Origin: a virus
Taxonomy: Duplodnaviria > Caudoviricetes
Virus record (IMG/VR): IMGVR_UViG_3300032219_001854
Span: 1 to 64,000 of that record
Direction: 5' to 3' (one strand)
DNA: 64,000 nucleotides
In this document: positions 49,733 through 59,597 of the stretch, piece after piece
Layout: each line of letters starts with the position of its first letter
Numbering within the stretch: the stretch's first letter is position 1
Notes under the pieces: model-generated
Told to the model about the DNA's origin: nothing
Database searches by the model: none
What the model saw: only the letters and a program-made list of their open reading frames with translations
Position numbers and translations under genes: made by a program

Positions 49733-50698
49733 ATGGAACAAAATTTTGACATTTTTAATCTAGACAACGAGGCATTTGTTAAACAGGAAGTTAAAAGAGA
49801 CGAGGACGAGTTTTTATACAAGCCTTATCCCGAATTAGGAAAAGATGGTGTTTATAAATCTTTAGTTAGATTTTTACCAAACATCACAAATCCAAAAAAA
49901 TCAAAAATTCACCAATATTATGTTTGGTTGAAGGATCCAGTAGACGGAACAAATCACAAAGCTATTTGTCCTTCTACAGTAGGAAAAAAATCAATACTTA
50001 AAGACCTTTTCTGGAAGCTCAAAAATTCTGCTTCTGCAAAAGATCAGGAAATTTCTAAAGCCTTTTCAAGAAAAGAAGATTTTTATTCTTTAATTCAAGT
50101 AGTTAAAGATTCGAATCGTCCAGATTTAGAAGGAAAGATTATGATCTTTAAATTTGGAAGAAAGGTTAACGATATGATCGAGCAACAAATTAAACCTGAA
50201 TTCGGAAATCCTTCAAATCCTTATGATTTATTTGAAGGTAAAAACTTTGGACTTCAAGTAAGGAAAGTTGGGGAATGGAATAACTACGATCTTTGTCAAT
50301 TCGTTGGTGATAAAATGGCTTTAATTATCGATGGAGAGTCAGTTGAAAAAACTGAATCCGGCAGAGACATCGTAACAAAATATTTAAAAACAGGTCCATT
50401 GGATCTTGACAAATATGACTATAATGATTGGTCAGACGAGGAATCAGATAAGATCATGAGAATTATTAGAAATACTATTCCGGACGGAAGAATGGTTTCT
50501 GAAATTATCGAATCTAGTGCAGATTCTAAATCAACATCTTCAGCATCAGTTTCAGTAGATGATCTTTACGAACAAGCTAGTTCAAGATCTACTACATCAA
50601 CAGAAAATGATTCGGTAGATGAAGCACCAGCAAAATCTACTAAACCAGCATCTAAAAAATCTGCACCATCTTTGGACGATCTTTATAACGATCTATAA
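49733..50698 (+). CDS. Single-stranded DNA-binding protein, T4 gp32-like
   Basis: LVRFLP, CPST, IFKFGRKV, NPYDLFEGKNF and an acidic C-terminus (LDDLYNDL). Confidence 0.85.
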   Translation: MEQNFDIFNLDNEAFVKQEVKRDEDEFLYKPYPELGKDGVYKSLVRFLPNITNPKKSKIHQYYVWLKDPVDGTNHKAICPSTVGKKSILKDLFWKLKNSASAKDQEISKAFSRKEDFYSLIQVVKDSNRPDLEGKIMIFKFGRKVNDMIEQQIKPEFGNPSNPYDLFEGKNFGLQVRKVGEWNNYDLCQFVGDKMALIIDGESVEKTESGRDIVTKYLKTGPLDLDKYDYNDWSDEESDKIMRIIRNTIPDGRMVSEIIESSADSKSTSSASVSVDDLYEQASSRSTTSTENDSVDEAPAKSTKPASKKSAPSLDDLYNDL

Positions 50699-50718
50699 TA
50701 AAAAAATAATGGATCGTT

Positions 50719-51792
50719 ATGGAATCGAAGACTATAAGTGGACTATCAGTAGATAGGGTAAAAGGGATAGTATCTTCATCTCTACTTAAGTTTTTCGGAA
50801 ACGATCCCCAGAGATTAAAAATTTACCAAGGGGGCAACAGACTAAACTTCTGTTGCCCTTACTGTGGTGATTCTAGGGACGCAAAGAAAAAGAGAGGTAA
50901 TCTTTATCTTGATACTTTAACTTACAAATGCTATAATGGAGGATGCGGGATTTTTAAAAATCTTAATCAATTTACTAGGGATTTTGAAATACAATCAATG
51001 CTTTCTTCTGACGAGATATCGGAAATAGCAGAGATCTCTAGGAACTCCACCATAAGAAAAAAGATAAGGAATTCTTTAGATTATTTCTTCTCAGAGAATT
51101 ACAAGGATATACTTGTTGATAGAGAGGAATTTAAAGAGAAACTTGGACTAATAGAACTACCAGGAACTTATGGCGAGAAATGGTTAAATGAAAGAAACCA
51201 TGCTGCTGATAATAAATTTCTGTGGGATCCTAATAGAAGGAATCTTTATTTACTAAACCTTTCGGGCGACGAGAAAAAAATATTAGGCATACAAATTAGA
51301 CCTGTTGTTAAAAAGAACGGGGGAAGTAAATATTACACTTACAAGCTAAGCGGAATTTACAAAAACCTGTTAAAGATAACTGAGCCCGAAATAATACTAA
51401 AGGCAGAAGAGGTAGATCCTATATCCAATGTATTTGGATTCTCCACTGTTGATCTCGACAGTATGATAACAACTTTCGAAGGACCTTTAGATGCTTGGCT
51501 TTGTCCTAACTCGATAGCACTTTGTTCTATAAATAATCAATTCCCTTTTGATGTCACAAATAAAAGATGGATGTTAGATGGGGATGCTATAGGTAGACAA
51601 AAGTCTAGAGAATTTTTAGAGAACGGGGAGCAGGTTTTTCTTTGGGGTAGATTTATAAAAGAATGTGATTTACCGGAGAGAGATAAATGGGATTTAAATG
51701 ATGTCGTTAATTATGTTAGATCTACTGGAAAGAAAATAAAGAGGTTGGATAATTTCTTTTCATCCGATAAATGGGATATTATAGATGTATGA
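50719..51792 (+). CDS. DNA primase, T4 gp61-like
   Basis: Zn finger CPYCGDS...CYNGGC; TOPRIM FEGPLDA; DLND. Confidence 0.9.
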   Translation: MESKTISGLSVDRVKGIVSSSLLKFFGNDPQRLKIYQGGNRLNFCCPYCGDSRDAKKKRGNLYLDTLTYKCYNGGCGIFKNLNQFTRDFEIQSMLSSDEISEIAEISRNSTIRKKIRNSLDYFFSENYKDILVDREEFKEKLGLIELPGTYGEKWLNERNHAADNKFLWDPNRRNLYLLNLSGDEKKILGIQIRPVVKKNGGSKYYTYKLSGIYKNLLKITEPEIILKAEEVDPISNVFGFSTVDLDSMITTFEGPLDAWLCPNSIALCSINNQFPFDVTNKRWMLDGDAIGRQKSREFLENGEQVFLWGRFIKECDLPERDKWDLNDVVNYVRSTGKKIKRLDNFFSSDKWDIIDV

Positions 51793-51977
51793 AAAAGAAA
51801 AAGCATAACAATAATAAAATAAAATTCCCAATTGAAATCAAAGGTGATTTCGAGCTTCCTGATTTTGATGTTTCTGAAAACTTTTCGGTACCGGAACTAA
51901 AAAGTAAGATAAGTTCAGAAGTTAAAGAAGTAACCAAAAATAAAAAGAGTAAATGTCAGAGCAACAGCCTAATGTAG
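51788..51977 (+). CDS. Small hypothetical protein
   Basis: Track ORF 51771..51977. The exact start is uncertain. Confidence 0.35.
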
Positions 51978-52420
51978 AGAAGAAAGATTTCGCTAGAGAT
52001 TTCCAACTAGATAGAGAAGAGTGGACGGAAAAAATAAGAACTCTTTCTATTAGGATGAAAAATATTAGGGAACTTGCAGAGGTTCAAGTTGATCTTTATT
52101 CTAGTAGACAAATTCTTTTAGAAATGTATTCTAAGCTTGGGCAGGTTATGGTTAAACTTAATGCTAAGTATAGAAAGGATAAAGCAGAAAGACTTAGATA
52201 TTATTCTGAATCTGTGCAAGTTAAATATGGAGCTAATGAAAAGACACCTTTAATAGAAGGTGACTTATCTGAATTAAAAGAAAGAATGGATCTAGTCGAT
52301 GGACAGATATCATTCTTTAATGAGACTATGAAAACCGTAGATCATATGTTATATGGTGTTAAGAGTCGAATAGCACTAGAGGAATATTTAAGGTCCGGTG
52401 CGGTTAAAAATAATTATTAA
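51953..52420 (+). CDS. uvsY: Recombination mediator UvsY-like
   Basis: KDKAERLRYYSE parallels T4 UvsY KARLDYYSG; helical; directly upstream of UvsW. Confidence 0.7.
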   Translation: MSEQQPNVEKKDFARDFQLDREEWTEKIRTLSIRMKNIRELAEVQVDLYSSRQILLEMYSKLGQVMVKLNAKYRKDKAERLRYYSESVQVKYGANEKTPLIEGDLSELKERMDLVDGQISFFNETMKTVDHMLYGVKSRIALEEYLRSGAVKNNY

Positions 52421-52422
52421 TA

Positions 52423-53964
52423 ATGTTAATATTTAGAGTAAGTGAGGACAACAACTGGCTAAGTTTAATAGATTATTCAGAAGAATTTGAAAGGAAACAG
52501 ATAGACATATCCTTAACTAAAAAAATACATAATCACTTCTTTCATCCTCTTGTTAAGAAAAAACATTGGGATGGGTCTATATGCTTTGTAGATAAGAAAT
52601 TACCTGTATGGAGAGTTCCTATTGGATTATGGTCCGAGGTTTATCAGATATGTGAAAAATATAAAATTGAAGTAAAGATTGATGGGCTCGAGAGATTAAT
52701 AGATCAAGAGTTTACTCTAGAGAGCTTCACTGATTGGTGTAATAACTTCTTTAAGGATGGAGTTGGCGGTGATCCTAATAAAATGCCTAGGGATTATCAG
52801 ATAGAAACTGCATGGAAAATAATAAAGTTTAAACTTTCTGTTTCTGAAGTTGCAACTAGCTCTGGAAAAACATTGATTGCTTTTATCGTTATGGCTTATC
52901 TTAAGGAGGTAATGAAGGTTAAAAAATTCCTTATGATAGTTCCTAATACTAATCTTGTTCTCCAAGGATCAGAAGATTTTGAAGAATATGGATTAGAGAA
53001 ACTTGAGGATTGTGAAATCCAGCAGATACATGGATCCAATAAGAAAAAAATATCCGGGGGATTAATGATAGGGACTTACCAATCTTTGGTTAAGATGGAG
53101 CCTGAATTTTTTGATGATGTGGAGGCGGTTTTTGTGGATGAGTGTCACCAAGCTCAAAGTGCATCTATTAAAAAAGTTGTAGCACTATGTAATGATTCTA
53201 AATGGAGATTTGGATTATCAGGAACTTTAGCAAATAAAAACACCGCCGAGTACTTAACTATACAGCAATTCTTAGGTCCACTTATAATGGAAATATCACC
53301 TAAGTTTTTATTTGATAATAAGTATGCTACTCCTGTTTCAATTAAGATTGTAAAGATGGATTGGATGGATCCAGAAGTTAAAGAAAAACTATCGTCTTTG
53401 AAAGAAAATAAAACAGAGATGGAAGGTAATGAAATATTTAACCTCGAGAGAAAATTAGTAGTATCGTCAGATAAAAGACTCAATTATATAATAGATTTTA
53501 TTCTTAAGACCTCAAAAAATTCATTAATACTTTTCCAGTCTGTAGGCGAGGGATACGGTAAAAAGATATATGATGGTATAAAAGAAAAATCCAACGATAG
53601 GGAAGTTTATTATATAGATGGTGATACTGATCCTGATAAGAGAGATATTTTTACTAAAAGAATGGAGGACGGAACTAATAAAATAATGGTTGCTTCATTT
53701 GGTACTATGTCTACTGGTATCTCAGTAAAAAACATCCATAATATATTCTTGACTGAATCATATAAATCGGAGGTATTAATAAAACAAAGCTTGGGAAGGG
53801 GTATGAGATTATTCGAAGGTAAGGAGAAAGTTAATATAATAGACTTTGTAGATGATTTTGCTTGGAATGGAAAAGAAAACTATTTACTAAAGCATTCCAA
53901 AGAAAGAATAGAGATTTACAAGAGGGAGCAATTCGATTATAAGATTTATAACGTCAAAATTTAG
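52423..53964 (+). CDS. uvsW: UvsW-like SF2 DNA helicase
   Basis: PRDYQ, ATSSGKT, DECHQ, FGLSGT, STGIS, QSLGRGMR. Confidence 0.9.
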   Translation: MLIFRVSEDNNWLSLIDYSEEFERKQIDISLTKKIHNHFFHPLVKKKHWDGSICFVDKKLPVWRVPIGLWSEVYQICEKYKIEVKIDGLERLIDQEFTLESFTDWCNNFFKDGVGGDPNKMPRDYQIETAWKIIKFKLSVSEVATSSGKTLIAFIVMAYLKEVMKVKKFLMIVPNTNLVLQGSEDFEEYGLEKLEDCEIQQIHGSNKKKISGGLMIGTYQSLVKMEPEFFDDVEAVFVDECHQAQSASIKKVVALCNDSKWRFGLSGTLANKNTAEYLTIQQFLGPLIMEISPKFLFDNKYATPVSIKIVKMDWMDPEVKEKLSSLKENKTEMEGNEIFNLERKLVVSSDKRLNYIIDFILKTSKNSLILFQSVGEGYGKKIYDGIKEKSNDREVYYIDGDTDPDKRDIFTKRMEDGTNKIMVASFGTMSTGISVKNIHNIFLTESYKSEVLIKQSLGRGMRLFEGKEKVNIIDFVDDFAWNGKENYLLKHSKERIEIYKREQFDYKIYNVKI

Positions 53965-53971
53965 GAAATAG

Positions 53972-53979
53972 GATATATA
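53972..53979 (+). promoter_or_regulatory. GATATATA candidate late promoter
   Basis: Intergenic, upstream of ATG 54001. Confidence 0.6.
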
Positions 53980-54000
53980 GAGTAAAAATAAAGCACTTCG

Positions 54001-54615
54001 ATGTATAAAATTAAAAACTTTAAGGATTTTTGTCAAATTAATGAGTCTAAAGATTCCAATGAGGAGCTTTTCTTTAGAAGGCATCTTGGTAGCAATGCCT
54101 CTAGTTATGACGATCGTGCTAAAAATCATTACAATTTAGGAGATAATCCTACCGTATTACAGAAAACTAAAAACTTCTTCCAAAAGATGGAGGACAGAAT
54201 TAATAGAGCTGCTGAAATAGGTAAAGATAAGGTTAGACAAAATAGAGCTACAAGAGTACATGGAGGGCCTGATACAGGATTCGAGATTCTTTTCGGTGCT
54301 CTATCAGTAGTTCCTAATGTATTAAAAAGGGTATTTGCACCTACTAAATATGAGTTTACTAAAAAATCTCCTAGTGAAGATAAGGTAGATCTAGAATTTA
54401 TGAGACATACAAATGAAGATTTTACTCAAAATGAACTTCCTAATATAAAAACAGAGGATCAGTTAGCTGATCACATAGGCGATTTATATAATAGAGGTGA
54501 TGTTGCAATGGGACAAGTACCAGTATTAGATGATATAGCTAGAAATAGGGTAAATCTTTATTACCAACATCAGACAAATCCATCTCAGCCTGTATTTCAA
54601 ACAAATAATGTATAA
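54001..54615 (+). CDS. Hypothetical protein with capsid-targeting-like N-terminus
   Basis: MYKIKNFKDFCQINES; GATATATA upstream. Confidence 0.65.
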   Translation: MYKIKNFKDFCQINESKDSNEELFFRRHLGSNASSYDDRAKNHYNLGDNPTVLQKTKNFFQKMEDRINRAAEIGKDKVRQNRATRVHGGPDTGFEILFGALSVVPNVLKRVFAPTKYEFTKKSPSEDKVDLEFMRHTNEDFTQNELPNIKTEDQLADHIGDLYNRGDVAMGQVPVLDDIARNRVNLYYQHQTNPSQPVFQTNNV

Positions 54616-54618
54616 AAA

Positions 54619-55446
54619 ATGAAAAAATTCTCTTTAGCAGTAGAAAAAAAGAAAGAAGAACTAAAAGAAAGCCAGATAGTTAACGAAAGAAACATGTATC
54701 TGGAGTTCTCTAAAAAATATCACAAGAAACATGGTGTTTCTGGTCCTTTTGATAAGAAATTTAACGGAGACGAAAAGGAGCAAGAAAAATACATGAGTGG
54801 CCTATCAAAAGCTTGGGCTGAATACAAAAAAGAGAAAGGTATAAAACCTAAATCTACTGGATCCAAGTTTGATTTTGCAAAGAAGAAGGTTAATGAATCT
54901 AAAGCACTTGAAATGGCTAAAACCATGATAGGTGACGGAGGAGATCCTAACTATCACTTTGTAACAATGTGTGATGATTTCTATTTTGATAAAGCTGGAG
55001 AGATGATAAGATATAGCAAAGATATGCTTTCTTCTCCTCTTAAAGTAAAAACAACACCTGATTTAGGAGCTTATACTTTTGGTCCTTTTGCAAATCTAGA
55101 CGAATCAAAAATGTTTGCAGCAAGTATAGAATTAGATGAGATCAACGGACCTAGAATGGTAACAATCGAGGATAGAAAAACTGGGGAGGTTTATACTAGA
55201 TATTTGACTTGTAAAATGCAACCGGTTTGGAATGAGATTGAAGAGGAAGAAGATATCGATGACGAGGAAGAGGGATACGATGATCCTAGTTCGGAATACA
55301 CTTATGGTGAAGAACACGAGGATGACAACGACGAAGACGAAGATGATGGGGATGAAGAAGATGGTGATGAATACGTTGCTACTATACCTCAAGGTGAAGA
55401 TGACGAAGTCGAAGACGAAATTGAAGACGAATACGACGAAGAATAA
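54619..55446 (+). CDS. Hypothetical protein with basic N-terminus and very acidic C-terminus
   Basis: C-terminal ~65 aa dominated by D/E (EEEEDIDDEEEGYDD...DEYDEE). Confidence 0.7.
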   Translation: MKKFSLAVEKKKEELKESQIVNERNMYLEFSKKYHKKHGVSGPFDKKFNGDEKEQEKYMSGLSKAWAEYKKEKGIKPKSTGSKFDFAKKKVNESKALEMAKTMIGDGGDPNYHFVTMCDDFYFDKAGEMIRYSKDMLSSPLKVKTTPDLGAYTFGPFANLDESKMFAASIELDEINGPRMVTIEDRKTGEVYTRYLTCKMQPVWNEIEEEEDIDDEEEGYDDPSSEYTYGEEHEDDNDEDEDDGDEEDGDEYVATIPQGEDDEVEDEIEDEYDEE

Positions 55447-55448
55447 AA

Positions 55449-55892
55449 ATGTTTAATCCTATACAGAGTACAGCACTTTATCCCGTTTTACAGCACTATA
55501 CAGGATGTAAAATATCTTCCATATCTTTAGACGGCGAAGATTTTATATTCAAAACACTTTTAGGAGAAAATGGTATACTTAAAGAGGATATTACTGGAAA
55601 CTGGAATATTGAAATAGGACAGGAGCTTGTTTATACGATTGAAAAGGATATTTTCAATGTATTAATAAATCCGGACAAAAAAAGCTCTTTAGAAGACTAC
55701 ATAGATATACTAAATGATCTATTTAATAATAAAGATATAAGCTATAGATCTAGATTATTAGTAGTAAATATCATGAAATTTTTAGAGGAATATATAATAA
55801 GTTCAGATTTCGTTCCTAAGAAAAGCTTAAGAATAGGAACTCTTTTAATCTATAATTTAAAGGGTAGAAAAATTATTAATTGTTTAAACTGA
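55449..55892 (+). CDS. Hypothetical protein
   Basis: 147-aa packed ORF. Confidence 0.55.
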   Translation: MFNPIQSTALYPVLQHYTGCKISSISLDGEDFIFKTLLGENGILKEDITGNWNIEIGQELVYTIEKDIFNVLINPDKKSSLEDYIDILNDLFNNKDISYRSRLLVVNIMKFLEEYIISSDFVPKKSLRIGTLLIYNLKGRKIINCLN

Positions 55893-57910
55893 TGCCTGGA
55901 ATAAAATATTTATCGGACATATACGAAAAAAAAGGAAAGTCCTTTATTGAAAATCTATTCAATAAAAATTTAACTGTAACTGAAAATTTGGATGGTCCTT
56001 CTTTTTCTTTTGAGAAGGATTTTACTGGTGATAATGTTTCTTTCTATAAGAAAGATCAAGACAATCCTATAACTAAGGTTGATAGGATTTTAATGAAATA
56101 TTATGAAAAGCCTATAAGCTATATAGAATCATTATCTCCTGATATTATAGATCAGCTTCCTAAAGGCTGGAGATTTGGGATGGTTTATTTTCCTAATACT
56201 AAACCTGTTAGATTAGAATATGATAGAGTCCCTAAAAATCATTTAATATTAACACATGTTGTTGTTAGAGATGAATTCGGGGAGATACTTGATAATATTC
56301 AGGATAAATCTGAATTGGACGAATGGGCTGATAAATTAGGAGTTGAAAGAGCTCCTATTATTTTCCAAGGTAATCTTAGCAGGGATCAGAAGATATCTAT
56401 AATGGATTTTCTTTCTACTCCTCTTATGGATCTTAAGAATCGATTTAAAACACAGAGTTTTTCTAAGTATCTAATATCTATTCTAAACAAAAATGCAGAA
56501 ACTACGACTTTAGGGAAGGACCTTCAAGGAGATGTAGATTCTCTTGTATTTAGATTTGAAGACGAAGAGGGAAAAGAAGAAACTGTTTTAGCAAAAATGG
56601 TTGATCCTGTTTTTCATGAAATAAATAGAAGCAGAAAAGTTAATCAATCGTCATATTTTCCTAGCGACGTTTACTCTTTATGTCTTATAGATGTAATGAA
56701 TTTTGTACTAGAAACTGGAGTTGAAAATTTCGTAGCAGATGGTAATGACCCGGAAGAAAGATACATCAGTTTTGTTTTTGATGTATTTAAGAAATTTGTA
56801 TACGAGGAGGGCGAAAAATATGTAGGAGCGGATTTTCAAAAACCCGAGTATCTAAAAACCGAAGGATTTGAAATAAACACTGATCTTATAAAGGATGAAG
56901 AGGTTGTAAAATTTATCGAGGATGATGAAGTTTATGTTGATATACTTCAAATGATTCTTAATTCTTTTAGAAAGCTTAAAAGAAAGCCTCATGGATTCTT
57001 TACCGAGGGACTAATACAACAGTTCAATATGTTAGTTGAAGAGATAGCTAACTATATAAATGCTAAGAAGAAGGATCTTGTTGAAGAATCATTAGGAGTT
57101 CCAAGCTTCGTGTGGTTTAAAAAAGCTGGTACTAGATTTAATCCAACATTAAACGAGGAGGAAGAATACGACGAACTTGAGGACATAGTAGAAGGTTCGT
57201 CATTAGAAGATACAATTCCTCTTAATGAATCTGAGGACAACCTGGATTTAAAAAAAGACGAGGATAAGAAGGAGGAAAAGAAAGAGAATACATCCGAATT
57301 TTTCTCATTTAAAGATTTTAAAAAAGTAGTATCTACTCATAAAGAAAAAAGAAAAATTAAGATACTAAACGAGAATAATAGTAAGGTAAATATAGTAATA
57401 GGAAAATTTCAACCATTCAATAACGGACATCTAAAAATGTGTACGAGATTGAAGAAAGAAAATAATCTTCCAGTTTTCCTTTGCGTCGTACATCCGGGGA
57501 GTGAGCCAGGATCCAAATATCCTTTTTCTGACGATTTAATAAAAAAATCAATTGGAGCATTAACATCAGAAAACAATAAACTATTTGCAGGATATGAGGT
57601 GATACCTTCAAATCTTTTAGAAGATGCTATAAATTCTGTTGTTAAACATGCTAACCCTGCTTCTGTGTGTATAGGAGAAAGAGATTTTGAAAACATGGTT
57701 TTACAAAGGGAATGGGTAAGAAACAAATACGATTTAGAGGGTGGAGATATAGAAATATACAAAACTCCACAATGGTCTAATAATAATGATATTAGAAGTT
57801 CTATAAAAGACGGAGACTTTCAACAATTTAAAAGTAAAGTTCCTAAATCAATAGCAGTTCTTTTCAATGAATTTAGTAAACAGATAAACGGGTCAGACGA
57901 GGATATATAA
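55892..57910 (+). CDS. Fusion of a degenerate ATP-dependent ligase-like domain and a HIGH-family cytidylyltransferase-like domain
   Basis: TENLDG (motif I with K replaced by N), AKMVDP (motif V), C-terminal GKFQPFNNGH. Likely ATG at 55892 overlaps the upstream TGA; the track start is 55880. Confidence 0.7.
   Translation: MPGIKYLSDIYEKKGKSFIENLFNKNLTVTENLDGPSFSFEKDFTGDNVSFYKKDQDNPITKVDRILMKYYEKPISYIESLSPDIIDQLPKGWRFGMVYFPNTKPVRLEYDRVPKNHLILTHVVVRDEFGEILDNIQDKSELDEWADKLGVERAPIIFQGNLSRDQKISIMDFLSTPLMDLKNRFKTQSFSKYLISILNKNAETTTLGKDLQGDVDSLVFRFEDEEGKEETVLAKMVDPVFHEINRSRKVNQSSYFPSDVYSLCLIDVMNFVLETGVENFVADGNDPEERYISFVFDVFKKFVYEEGEKYVGADFQKPEYLKTEGFEINTDLIKDEEVVKFIEDDEVYVDILQMILNSFRKLKRKPHGFFTEGLIQQFNMLVEEIANYINAKKKDLVEESLGVPSFVWFKKAGTRFNPTLNEEEEYDELEDIVEGSSLEDTIPLNESEDNLDLKKDEDKKEEKKENTSEFFSFKDFKKVVSTHKEKRKIKILNENNSKVNIVIGKFQPFNNGHLKMCTRLKKENNLPVFLCVVHPGSEPGSKYPFSDDLIKKSIGALTSENNKLFAGYEVIPSNLLEDAINSVVKHANPASVCIGERDFENMVLQREWVRNKYDLEGGDIEIYKTPQWSNNNDIRSSIKDGDFQQFKSKVPKSIAVLFNEFSKQINGSDEDI
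57902..57909 (+). promoter_or_regulatory. GATATATA candidate late promoter
   Basis: Overlaps the stop of the ligase-fusion gene; upstream of ATG 57959. Confidence 0.5.
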
Positions 57911-57958
57911 AGTAACTAAATAAGGGATAGGAATTTATCCTACATTGATATTTAATTA

Positions 57959-58231
57959 ATGAAAAAATACAGTCAAATAGCTGAAGGGCATGTAAACAAA
58001 TATGACCTTTCTAATAGCAAGAAGCTTTTAGAGGAGGCTATTGAAAAAATAAATGCTGTTAGGGATGAATTTTCAAAGATGGAGGATGTTGATTTGGGAG
58101 AATTGGAAGAGGGTTGGAACCTTATAGATAAATATTATGGAAACGTTGTTAGAGGGGAAATATTTAAAAGAAAAAATAAGAGATATATTCCCAATACATC
58201 TGCAGTTTTTCCAAGAAAAGGAGATAGTTAA
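57959..58231 (+). CDS. Small protein with capsid-targeting-like N-terminus
   Basis: MKKYSQIAE resembles T4 IPII/IPIII MKTYQEFIAE. Confidence 0.6.
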   Translation: MKKYSQIAEGHVNKYDLSNSKKLLEEAIEKINAVRDEFSKMEDVDLGELEEGWNLIDKYYGNVVRGEIFKRKNKRYIPNTSAVFPRKGDS

Positions 58232-58233
58232 TT

Positions 58234-58770
58234 ATGAGACATATAAAATTATTTGAACAGTTTTTATTAGAGGAGGATGGATTCGGTAGAGACTTCTTTG
58301 TTAAGAAGAAGGATGGTAAAGTTTCCAGATATTACTTTAAGATAGAAGGTGAAGATGAAGACCACGGATTCGTTGTTAATATAGGTAAGCTTTCTAGAGG
58401 ATCTTCTATAGACGAAGCTGAAAATAGCTACTGTGTAATATCTGTAGAACCTATAAAAACTAGTGTTCTCGATGACTATTTAGTAAAAGAAACCGATTAT
58501 AAATCTAGAGAAGATGAAGATTTTGATTTAACTAAATCCGAATTTATGAGGTTTTATAAAATATTAAGCGAAGCTATAAAAGATTATCTCCAAAATAATC
58601 CTAAGGTCTCTAAGATATATGACGAGATTCCTCTTAATCTTAATATAGATCTTTCCGAATATAAGGATAGGGTAATTTCTTTAATGGATGAATGGAGCTA
58701 CGAAAAATGGAGTCTTCAGGATGGATTAGAGGAGAGGACTTTACTTTTTACTAGAAGAGACCATGATTAA
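58234..58770 (+). CDS. Hypothetical protein with capsid-targeting-like N-terminus
   Basis: MRHIKLFEQFLLEE. Confidence 0.65.
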   Translation: MRHIKLFEQFLLEEDGFGRDFFVKKKDGKVSRYYFKIEGEDEDHGFVVNIGKLSRGSSIDEAENSYCVISVEPIKTSVLDDYLVKETDYKSREDEDFDLTKSEFMRFYKILSEAIKDYLQNNPKVSKIYDEIPLNLNIDLSEYKDRVISLMDEWSYEKWSLQDGLEERTLLFTRRDHD

Positions 58771-59074
58771 TAATATTCTTTCATACGAAGAATTTGTAAA
58801 CGAATCTAGAATTCCTATAGCATGGGCTAAGCCTTCTAATACTGCTATAAAAGTACTTTCATTTATAGGAGAGAAAGAAAAAGTAACTAAAAGAGAGCTT
58901 ACTGAATTCTTAGATAGTATACCTGAAGATGCCTCAGGAAAAAAACCAAGTATGAATTGGGTTAGGGGTCAGAAGAAATACATAAAATATAAAATTCAGG
59001 AAGAAGAAGCAAATTATTTTTCATTGACACCTCTAGGAAAAAGAGTATTAAAGGTATCCACTGTAAACGGATAA
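58763..59074 (+). CDS. Hypothetical, possibly winged-helix protein, with capsid-targeting-like N-terminus
   Basis: MINNILSYEEFVNES; C-terminal YFSLTPLGKRVL resembles a wHTH wing. Confidence 0.6.
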   Translation: MINNILSYEEFVNESRIPIAWAKPSNTAIKVLSFIGEKEKVTKRELTEFLDSIPEDASGKKPSMNWVRGQKKYIKYKIQEEEANYFSLTPLGKRVLKVSTVNG

Positions 59075-59152
59075 AATCAAACATTTCCATTAAATCTTTT
59101 AAAAAATGAAACATTTTAATAGATTTGCTGTAAAATAATAAAATATTTAACA

Positions 59153-59332
59153 ATGGAAAATTACGAAAAAATCAAGGAATTGGTAGAAAGCATGTCTAAA
59201 GACATCGAAGCTTTTTACGCTAAAGGAAACAAGTCTGCTGGTACAAGAGTAAGAACAGCTTGTCAAGATCTTAAAAAATTGGCTCAAGATCTTAGAATTA
59301 ATATTCAAGAAACTAAAAACACTAAAGCTTAA
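59153..59332 (+). CDS. Histone H1-like Hc1 family protein, 59 aa (not in ORF track)
   Basis: Manual translation MENYEKIKELVESMSKDIEAFYAKGNKSAGTRVRTACQDLKKLAQDLRINIQETKNTKA*. GNKSAGTRVR is the Hc1 signature. Confidence 0.85.
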   Translation: MENYEKIKELVESMSKDIEAFYAKGNKSAGTRVRTACQDLKKLAQDLRINIQETKNTKA

Positions 59333-59337
59333 TCCTT

Positions 59338-59568
59338 ATGAGTTATTACATTTGTAAGGTAAGCTTCTTTACTGGAGAAGTTTCTAAAAGTACTGGTAAG
59401 GCAAAAGCATCTAAATCTGAAATCTTAGTAGAAGCTGAAGGAGTAACTGAAGCAGAAGCTAATGTTATTAAACATTTATCAGGCGATTTATCTTCAGCAC
59501 ATTTAGATTTCGAAGTAACTTCAGTATCCCAATCTAAGATTGAATCTGTTGTTCATCTTAAAGGATAA
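59338..59568 (+). CDS. DUF4494-like protein
   Basis: YYICKVSF...ILVEAEGVTEAEANV resembles Bacteroidota DUF4494 (W/F.cKv....lVdA.sfTEAE). Confidence 0.55.
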   Translation: MSYYICKVSFFTGEVSKSTGKAKASKSEILVEAEGVTEAEANVIKHLSGDLSSAHLDFEVTSVSQSKIESVVHLKG

Positions 59569-59597
59569 TTATTGTCATAATAAACTTATTTGTTTTT

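Noticed and set aside
55132-55456. Alternate-frame ORFs 55232-55456 (+) and 55132-55392 (-)
   Set aside because: By-products of the GAY/GAR-rich acidic tail of the 54619 gene.
57924-57942. Weak hairpin GGATA-GGAATT-TATCC
   Set aside because: Only 5 bp and no U-tract; likely chance.
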